Assembly: GCA_965248055.1 (NCBI GenBank)
Contig: CBDFIJ010000004.1
Span: forward strand, 3,168,001-3,232,000
Direction: 5' to 3'
From: Candidatus Multivoradales bacterium
GTDB lineage: Bacteria; Acidobacteriota; Thermoanaerobaculia; Multivoradales; JAHEKO01
DNA length: 64,000 bases
The notes under the pieces are model-generated. The model was not told the origin of the DNA. It was given only the letters and a program-made list of their open reading frames with translations, and made no database searches. The translations under genes and the position numbers were made by a program. Of this stretch, positions 57,348-64,000 are shown one piece after another (the stretch's first letter is position 1; every line of letters begins with the position of its first letter).

Positions 57348-58716
57348 GAGATATAACCAAAAGTTGTGTATGAGAGTTTGAAGGCGACGTATCCTGAGCC
57401 CGGTTTTCAAAGCTGGGTTCAATCATCCCAAAAGGAGGATACGCCGTTGAGCAAGAGTAACGTAGTTTCAATCGATCAAGTAGAACGTCCTGAGGACGCT
57501 CTGAGTGAGGTCTTGCGCCGAGGTTCACGGTTGCTTCTTTGCGAAGCAATCGAGGCAGAGGTGGAGAGTTTTTTGGTTGAGTACCAAGATCAACGTACGG
57601 CGGTCGGTCACCGGCGGTTGGTGAGAAACGGCTACATGCCAGAGCGGGAGATCCAGACCGGAATCGGCGGCATTTCGGTCAAAGTGCCACGGGTGCGGGA
57701 TCGCCAGGGTGAGCTTCATTTTCGCTCCAATCTAGTGCCACCGTATCTGCGCCGGTCCAAGAGCATCGCGGATCTCTTGCCCTGGCTATACTTACGGGGG
57801 ATTTCTACCGGGGACTTCTCACGAGCTCTGGAAGCTTTGGTGGGCCCTGAAGCGCCAGGTCTTTCGTCTTCGACGGTGAGCCGCCTCAAACGCGTCTGGG
57901 GCCAGGAGTACAGCGAATGGCGGCAGCGCGATCTTTCGTCCAAGCGCTACGTCTATGTATGGGCTGACGGCATTTACTGCAAGGCTCGCCTGGATAACGC
58001 CAAGCTCTGCTTGCTGGTGTTAATTGGTGCCACTGCGGACGGCAACAAAGAACTGATCGCTGTTGAAGACGGTTACCGGGAGAGTGAGGCGTCATGGCTG
58101 GAGCTGTTGCGAGGCCTGGAAGCAAGAGGCCTTACATTCGAGCCTAAGATCGCAATCGGTGACGGCAATCTGGGTTTCTGGAAGGCTCTGGCTCAGGTGT
58201 GGGGAAATACCAAGACCCAGCGCTGCTGGGTCCACAAGACGGCCAACGTCTTGAATAAGCTCCCCAAGGCGATCCAGCCCAAGGCCAAGCAGGCAATCCA
58301 CCAAATCTGGATGGCGCAGACACGTCACGATGCCGAGAGGGCTTTTGATGCATTCCAGGCAATCTACCAAGCTAAATATCCGAAAGCAGTCCAGTGCTTG
58401 GTCAAAGATCGCGTCCAGCTACTCGCTTTCTACGATTTCCCGGCTGAGCACTGGGTGCATTTGAGGACCACCAACCCAATCGAATCAACTTTTGCTACCG
58501 TACGCTTGAGAACCTCCAAAACCCGGGGCTGTCTGTCGCGAGAAACCATGCTCTCGATGGTCTTCAAGCTGTGCCAAAGCGCAGAAAAACGATGGCGGAG
58601 GCTACAGGGCTACAGGCGCATTGCCGAAGTCGTTGAAGGTCTCCAGTTCGTGGACGGAGAAAAACAAAAACAGATCGCCGCCTGATGGCTCAATACACAA
58701 CTTTTGACAATAACTC
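57348..58716 (+). mobile_element. IS256-family element, copy 2 (diverged isoform)
   Basis: Same IR type as copy 1; 9-bp direct repeat GCGCAGGGT (57339-57347, 58717-58725). Confidence 0.95.
57447..58685 (+). CDS. IS256-family transposase
   Basis: Close paralog of 6113-7351 with scattered substitutions. Confidence 0.93.
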   Translation: MSKSNVVSIDQVERPEDALSEVLRRGSRLLLCEAIEAEVESFLVEYQDQRTAVGHRRLVRNGYMPEREIQTGIGGISVKVPRVRDRQGELHFRSNLVPPYLRRSKSIADLLPWLYLRGISTGDFSRALEALVGPEAPGLSSSTVSRLKRVWGQEYSEWRQRDLSSKRYVYVWADGIYCKARLDNAKLCLLVLIGATADGNKELIAVEDGYRESEASWLELLRGLEARGLTFEPKIAIGDGNLGFWKALAQVWGNTKTQRCWVHKTANVLNKLPKAIQPKAKQAIHQIWMAQTRHDAERAFDAFQAIYQAKYPKAVQCLVKDRVQLLAFYDFPAEHWVHLRTTNPIESTFATVRLRTSKTRGCLSRETMLSMVFKLCQSAEKRWRRLQGYRRIAEVVEGLQFVDGEKQKQIAA

Positions 58717-59550
58717 GCGCAGGGTCTGGCGCCTTGTTTCGCGATGCAAGCTGCGGAGAAAGTCCGCAGCATCAGGGAGCCTTGCTTGGGCTTGGAAAAG
58801 TTGTCGATCGGCCAAAGAAAAATCGCCTCGGGCGATAGGGCCGGTGATGGTCGCGGCGGCATCGGGCGCATCTTCGGCAGCGGTCAGGACGGCTTGGGAC
58901 AGACGCAAGAATCCGTCGCGAAAACCGGCCAAATCTAGCTCATCGCTCAGTTCGTCGACCAGCGACAAGAGAGTGGAAACTCCTCCGGCGGCGAGCGTGG
59001 CGCAGTAGTGGTACAGCAACCGTTTTTCCGCAGCAACCGGGAGCGCTTGGCCGCCGAAAGCGTTGGCTACGCTTCTGGCTAGTTCGCAGGCTTCCGGGTC
59101 GCCGTCGAAACCATAGACGATACCCGCAGGCGGCTCGGAGCGGATCGCTGGAAAGCCGAGTAGCGGGTGCAGGGATCCGACGCGAACCCCCAACCCTCGC
59201 AGGGGATGCAGGGCTTCGGCGCCGAGGCTCCCCGAGGTATGCAGCGCCACCCCGCCTCGACGGTTGTTGTCGCTAGCACTGCCTGCTAGCGATTGCGCGC
59301 AATCGGTAACCGCTGCGTCCGGCACCGAGACCAAAAGCAGGTCCCAGGGGTATCCTGCGAGTTGATCTGGTCTTTCTGGTTCGGCATTCAGTTGGTTTGC
59401 CGCCGCTGTGGTGGACTCGGAGGTTCGGCTGGCGACCCAGCGGACTTCGGCGCCAGCTTGCTGAAGCCAAGATCCAAGGCTTAGGCCGACTTTGCCAGGG
59501 CCTAGGATGGCGACGGAGAGGCCGGTGAGGGATTCATCGATGGTTGCCAT
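58690..59550 (-). CDS. Rossmann-like / DUF2520 protein, C-terminus supplied by IS256
   Basis: GPGKVG, HTSG, SLHPL, YH, TGPIARGD. Confidence 0.88.
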   Translation of the reverse strand: MATIDESLTGLSVAILGPGKVGLSLGSWLQQAGAEVRWVASRTSESTTAAANQLNAEPERPDQLAGYPWDLLLVSVPDAAVTDCAQSLAGSASDNNRRGGVALHTSGSLGAEALHPLRGLGVRVGSLHPLLGFPAIRSEPPAGIVYGFDGDPEACELARSVANAFGGQALPVAAEKRLLYHYCATLAAGGVSTLLSLVDELSDELDLAGFRDGFLRLSQAVLTAAEDAPDAAATITGPIARGDFSLADRQLFQAQARLPDAADFLRSLHRETRRQTLRELLSKVVY

Positions 59551-59737
59551 AGGTGAAGTAAGATATGGCTCTTGCTGGCCGAGCGCAATGGCATGGGCAT
59601 TATCGAGAAAATGGGTGCTCTGGATGGGCTTAGCGGTAGTTCAATACTCGGCGCCAAAACTCAGCGCGTTGAAAACCCAAACGCTGAAACCCACGCCGAA
59701 CCCCAGTACTGAAAATTAGTGTCGAAAACACAGTGCC

Positions 59738-60778
59738 ATGAGCCAACTTAGCGGACGAGACAAGGAGATCCTCAAAGAGGTGGTGGTGGCTTACACCCTG
59801 ACCGGTGAGCCGGTCAGTTCGCGAGCTCTTGCCAAGGGATCCAAATTGGGCGTCTCCGCAGCCACGATTCGTAACTCGATGGCGGAGCTGGAAGACGAGG
59901 GATACCTCAGCCAACCACACATTTCCGCTGGCCGAATGCCGACTTCGGAGGCCTATCGCCTGTACGTGGGGTCGTTAATGCCGGCGGCGCGGGTCACCGG
60001 ACACGAGAGGTCGGTGATCGATCGCGCTCTATCTGAGGCGGTGGGCAGTGGTGAACCCGTTTTGCCGGCGGCGGGACACGCGCTTTCTCAGTTGACCCAC
60101 CAGGTCGCTGTAGTGCTGACGCCGAAGATGAAAGATACCGTGTTGCAGGCAATCGACTTCGTGCCTCTTTCACGAGGCAGGGTTCTTTGCGTTGTGGCCG
60201 CCGCTGGTGGGTTTGTTGATCACAAAATCTTGGAAGTTGAGCAGATCTCGCGAGAGGAACTCACGCGGGTCGCCAACTATCTCAACGAGCAGTTCGCGGG
60301 TTTGAGCTTGGGGCGGATTCGTCGTCGCCTGATCGAGCTGCTGGAGGATGAACGAACCCGGGTGGACGAACTCCTGCGTCGGTCGGTCTTATTGGCTCGC
60401 AAGGCGTTGGTCGACGACGCCCGGCATGACGTTGTGGTTGACGGCACCGCGGGTGCCCTCAACCAACCGGAACTGGCCGACGTTGACCGGGTGCGAAGAC
60501 TTTTGGCGACGTTTGAGCACAAAGTTCGGCTGGTCAATCTGCTGAGCCGTATTATTGAAGGCCAGGGCGTGCGGGTGCTGATTGATGAAGACAGCGACCT
60601 GACTTCGGAGTTGGGTTTCAGCTTGGTGGCGACCAACTATCGCACCGAAGACCGCCCGGTGGGGAGTATCGGAGTCTTGGGGCCGACGCGTATGGAATAT
60701 GCAAAGATTATGGCGCTCGTCAATTACTTGGGTGAGAAGCTAACGGACGCATTTGAGAAAAGCGCTTACCAGGCGTGA
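59738..60778 (+). CDS. hrcA: Heat-inducible transcription repressor HrcA
   Basis: EPVSS, SAATIRNSMAELE, QPHISAGRMPT, LGPTRMEY. Confidence 0.95.
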   Translation: MSQLSGRDKEILKEVVVAYTLTGEPVSSRALAKGSKLGVSAATIRNSMAELEDEGYLSQPHISAGRMPTSEAYRLYVGSLMPAARVTGHERSVIDRALSEAVGSGEPVLPAAGHALSQLTHQVAVVLTPKMKDTVLQAIDFVPLSRGRVLCVVAAAGGFVDHKILEVEQISREELTRVANYLNEQFAGLSLGRIRRRLIELLEDERTRVDELLRRSVLLARKALVDDARHDVVVDGTAGALNQPELADVDRVRRLLATFEHKVRLVNLLSRIIEGQGVRVLIDEDSDLTSELGFSLVATNYRTEDRPVGSIGVLGPTRMEYAKIMALVNYLGEKLTDAFEKSAYQA

Positions 60779-60805
60779 TTCCACGAACAGACAGGATTTA
60801 GAAAG

Positions 60806-61489
60806 ATGGACGCTCGGAAAAGCGACGAAGTGGAAGTTATTGCAATCGACGAAGATCAGCTCGATCTGGATGGCGCGATGGAAGAGGTGCTGGGTGCAGT
60901 GGAGGCCATCGCTCCTGAAGAAGGCAATGCGGAGCCTGAAGAGGTGGATCCTCTGGTCTCGCTAAAGGTCGAAAACCACGAACTGCGAGAACAGAGTTTG
61001 AGAGCTCTGGCCGACCTAGAAAATTATCGCAAGCGGATTGCTCGAGAGCGGGTCGAAGAGCGGCGCTATGCGGGCCAGGGGTTGTTGGCCGATTTTCTCG
61101 ACGTCAAAGACAACTTACAACGGGCACTGTCCTCCGAGGGGTCTGCCGACGATCTGAAAATTGGCGTCGAAATGACCTTGCGTCAGTTTGACCAAGTTTT
61201 AGAACGTGCCGGAGTCACTCCGGTTGAGGCAGTCGGCAAGGCTTTCGACCCGATGGTTCACGAAGCGGTGTCTCGGGTTGAGAAGGAAGGCGTCGAGGAG
61301 CCGGTGGTGCTGGAGGAAATGCAGCAAGGCTATCGAATGCACCAGCGCCTGTTGCGCCCTTCGCGGGTGTTAGTGGCGGTTCCCGTCGCCCCGATCCATC
61401 CGGAAGCGGATGAGTCGAGCGAAGGCCAATCCGAAAGCCAGTCTGAGAGCCAGCCCAGGAACCAGTCGGAGCGGCGCTCGGGTAGCTAG
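60806..61489 (+). CDS. grpE: Nucleotide exchange factor GrpE
   Basis: ADLENYRKR, FDPMVHEAV, GY...LLRPSRV. Confidence 0.95.
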   Translation: MDARKSDEVEVIAIDEDQLDLDGAMEEVLGAVEAIAPEEGNAEPEEVDPLVSLKVENHELREQSLRALADLENYRKRIARERVEERRYAGQGLLADFLDVKDNLQRALSSEGSADDLKIGVEMTLRQFDQVLERAGVTPVEAVGKAFDPMVHEAVSRVEKEGVEEPVVLEEMQQGYRMHQRLLRPSRVLVAVPVAPIHPEADESSEGQSESQSESQPRNQSERRSGS

Positions 61490-61500
61490 CCGAGACCCCT

Positions 61501-63312
61501 ATGTCCAGAATCGTTGGTATCGACCTGGGAACCACCAACAGTTGCTTGGCCGTGGTAGACGGCTCCGAAGCTCGGGTTGTGGTCAATCGTGAGGGCGCAC
61601 GCACCACTCCCTCTGTGGTCGGTTTTACCGACACCGGCCGCCTGGTGGGAGATGCGGCCAAACGACAAACACTGGCCAATCCACGACGGACGATCTTTGC
61701 CGTCAAACGGCTGATGGGTAGGAAGTTCGTCGATCCGGCAATCCAGGACTTCTCTGCGCGCGTGCCTTATTCGATCATCGAATTGAAAAACGGGGACGCT
61801 GGCGTCGATATTGGAGGCAAGCAGTGGAGCCCTGAAGAGATTTCGGCTCTGGTGCTACGAGAACTGAAAGACGCGGGTGAAGAGGCCCTTGACGAAGAGA
61901 TCGGCAGGGCGGTGATCACGGTGCCGGCGTACTTTGACGACGCCCAGCGGCAGGCGACGCGGGACGCTGGAGAGATCGCAGGGTTGGAAGTATTGCGCAT
62001 CATCAACGAGCCGACCGCCGCGGCGTTTGCCCATGGGATGAAAGCGGATCGAGCCACGGTCGGGGTCTACGACCTAGGCGGCGGGACCTTTGATGTTTCA
62101 ATTTTGCAGCGTGGCGAAGAGGTTTTTGAAGTGCGCTCGACGTCCGGCGATCCGTTCCTAGGTGGTGAGGATTTTGACCAACGGGTGATCGATTGGATGC
62201 TCGGTGAGATTGAGAGCGACACCGGAGCCACTGTTGGCGACGATCCGTTGATTGGCCAACGCTTGCGTGAATCGGCGGAAGCGGCCAAGTGTCAACTGTC
62301 GGTCGATAGCGAAACCGAGATTACCCTGCCGTTTCTGATCGATGACTATCACCTCAAGAGGACCTTAAGCCGGGATCAGTTTGAAGAACTGGTCGCAGAG
62401 CTGGTTGAGCGTACCCGCGAGCCCGCATTGGACGCCTTGTCGGAAGCTGGTTTGCGAGCGGATCAAATTGACGAAGTATTGTTGGTGGGTGGTCAGACCC
62501 GGACCCCTTCTGTCGTGCGTCTAGCGGCAGAGATTTTCGCTACCGAAGCCGAAGCGGGGGTCAACCCCGAAGAAGTGGTAGCGGTCGGTGCCGCGCTCCA
62601 AGGTGGAGTGCTGGTCGGGGAGATCGATGACGTGGTGTTGCTCGACGTCACGCCTTTGTCTCTTGGAGTGGAAACGCAAGGTGGTTTGTTTACCCGGGTC
62701 ATTCCCCGCAACTCAGCGATTCCGACTCGCGAAGCCAGTGTCTTTACCACCGTGCGCGACACTCAAGACCGAGTCGATATTCACGTTCTGCAGGGCGAGC
62801 GCGACATTGCGGTCAACAACCGTTCTTTGGGGAAATTCACCTTGGTGGGCATTCCGGATGCTCCCAAAGGAGTGCCGCAAGTCGAAGTGGTTTTTGCCAT
62901 CGATTCCGACGGCATTGTCAAAGTCAACGCTCGCGATCAAGTGAGTGGTGCTGAGCGGGCGCTGGAGATTGCTCCCGCCGGTGGTTTGGCCCGTGACGAT
63001 ATCCAACGCTTGGTTGAAGAGGCTGAGGAACACGCCTTGGAAGACGATCAGCGTCGAGAAGAGCGTCGCACTCGGGTGCGGCTGGAATCGTTGATCGCTA
63101 GCGCTCAAAAGTCTCTACAGGAGCACGCACCGGTGATTGGGGGCAAAATCAAGGTGGCGATCGAACAAGCGATAGAACGGGCTCAAAGTAGTTTGGTGTC
63201 TGGCGAATTCACTGCGGTGGAAGAGTCGCTCAATGAGATGTCGATGATGGCTCAGGAAGTGTCCCGCGCTTTGATTGACTCTGCGAATGAAGGAGGGACA
63301 GCCGGTGGCTAG
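61501..63312 (+). CDS. dnaK: Chaperone DnaK (Hsp70)
   Basis: [40 protein letters not shown]. Confidence 0.95.
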   Translation: MSRIVGIDLGTTNSCLAVVDGSEARVVVNREGARTTPSVVGFTDTGRLVGDAAKRQTLANPRRTIFAVKRLMGRKFVDPAIQDFSARVPYSIIELKNGDAGVDIGGKQWSPEEISALVLRELKDAGEEALDEEIGRAVITVPAYFDDAQRQATRDAGEIAGLEVLRIINEPTAAAFAHGMKADRATVGVYDLGGGTFDVSILQRGEEVFEVRSTSGDPFLGGEDFDQRVIDWMLGEIESDTGATVGDDPLIGQRLRESAEAAKCQLSVDSETEITLPFLIDDYHLKRTLSRDQFEELVAELVERTREPALDALSEAGLRADQIDEVLLVGGQTRTPSVVRLAAEIFATEAEAGVNPEEVVAVGAALQGGVLVGEIDDVVLLDVTPLSLGVETQGGLFTRVIPRNSAIPTREASVFTTVRDTQDRVDIHVLQGERDIAVNNRSLGKFTLVGIPDAPKGVPQVEVVFAIDSDGIVKVNARDQVSGAERALEIAPAGGLARDDIQRLVEEAEEHALEDDQRREERRTRVRLESLIASAQKSLQEHAPVIGGKIKVAIEQAIERAQSSLVSGEFTAVEESLNEMSMMAQEVSRALIDSANEGGTAGG

Positions 63313-64000
63313 CCTGGAGTACTACGAGGTGTTGGGAGTGAAGCGCGAAGCCTCCCAACAGGAAGTCAAGTCTGCCTACCGCCGGATGGCGGTGCGTTAC
63401 CACCCCGATCGCAATCCGGACGATCCTGAAGCGGAATCAAAATTCAAGGAAGCGGCTGAGGCATATTCGGTGCTTTCCGATCCAGAGAAGCGCGCTCAGT
63501 ATGATCGTTTCGGCCATCGTGCGACCGCCAATGGCGGTGGTTTCGGCGGCTTTGATCCGGCGACCTTCGGCGATTTCGCCGACATATTGGGGGACTTATT
63601 TGGCTTTGGTTTCCAGCGTTCCGGTCGCGCTGGAGCTCGCCCGGGATCCGATTTGCGCTATCGGCTCAGCCTGACCCTGGAGGAGGCGGCTTTTGGCGTC
63701 GAGAAATCGCTGCGCATACCCCGGCTTGAGGCATGCGAAAGTTGCGCCGGTTCGGGTGCCGCCGTGGGTACCTCCAAAGTCGTCTGCTCGGCTTGCGAGG
63801 GCTACGGACAGGTGCGCATGACCCAGGGGTTCTTAACCGTGGCACGCGCGTGTCCCAAGTGTAGTGGTACCGGCGAAGTGGTTGAGGATCCCTGTCCTAA
63901 GTGCAACGGACAAGGGCGCAACGAGCAGGTGAGGACGCTCACCGTGACCGTGCCGCCGGGGGTTGATTCCGGTTCCAGAATGCGTCTTCAGGGAGAAGGA
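63305..64000 (+). CDS. dnaJ: Chaperone DnaJ (runs off window end)
   Basis: GTG start, YYEVLGV...YHPDRNP J-domain, G/F region, four CxxCxGxG repeats; not in ORF track. Confidence 0.95.
   Translation, partial: MASLEYYEVLGVKREASQQEVKSAYRRMAVRYHPDRNPDDPEAESKFKEAAEAYSVLSDPEKRAQYDRFGHRATANGGGFGGFDPATFGDFADILGDLFGFGFQRSGRAGARPGSDLRYRLSLTLEEAAFGVEKSLRIPRLEACESCAGSGAAVGTSKVVCSACEGYGQVRMTQGFLTVARACPKCSGTGEVVEDPCPKCNGQGRNEQVRTLTVTVPPGVDSGSRMRLQGEG

Noticed and set aside
59560-59737. CIRCE element upstream of hrcA
   Set aside because: Best match TTAGCGGTA-N10-CGGCGCCAA (59630-59657) has the wrong spacing and many mismatches to TTAGCACTC-N9-GAGTGCTAA

Overview
64-kb chromosomal window from a GC-rich bacterium. 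The gene set (degenerate Asd-like gene, two Lon paralogs, MglA-like GTPase, SahR-AhcY) suggests Acidobacteriota or a similar lineage, but this is inference. The backbone is housekeeping: lon, S1-domain protein, pepE, murJ, rpiB, trxB, ferritin, tsaB, mutS, ssb, dtd, HU/IHF, sahR-ahcY, thiL, lon2, nrdR, mglA-like, hrcA-grpE-dnaK-dnaJ. It carries many insertion sequences: 2x IS1380, 2x IS256, 2x IS630, IS5, an IS3-like element, two IS481-like types and a 263-bp MITE, several of them inserted at CTAG. Two accessory loci stand out. (1) At 18.2-20.8 kb, an overlapping operon encodes a membrane protein, a protein starting M-GGRRGG (possibly a split QatB-like gene) and a QatC/Cap9-type QueC-like enzyme, with no QatA, QatD or CD-NTase; this is a candidate new deazaguanylation-type defence system. 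(2) At 8.0-9.6 kb, two paralogous secreted 4-Cys peptides and a secreted beta-rich partner sit inside an IS1380-bounded composite element whose cargo has a circularly permuted IS481 copy. Pseudogenes missed by the ORF track are arsC, a peptidase M64 N-terminus, and a CsgG-like lipoprotein gene hit by three ISs. No rRNA, tRNA or CRISPR array was recognised.
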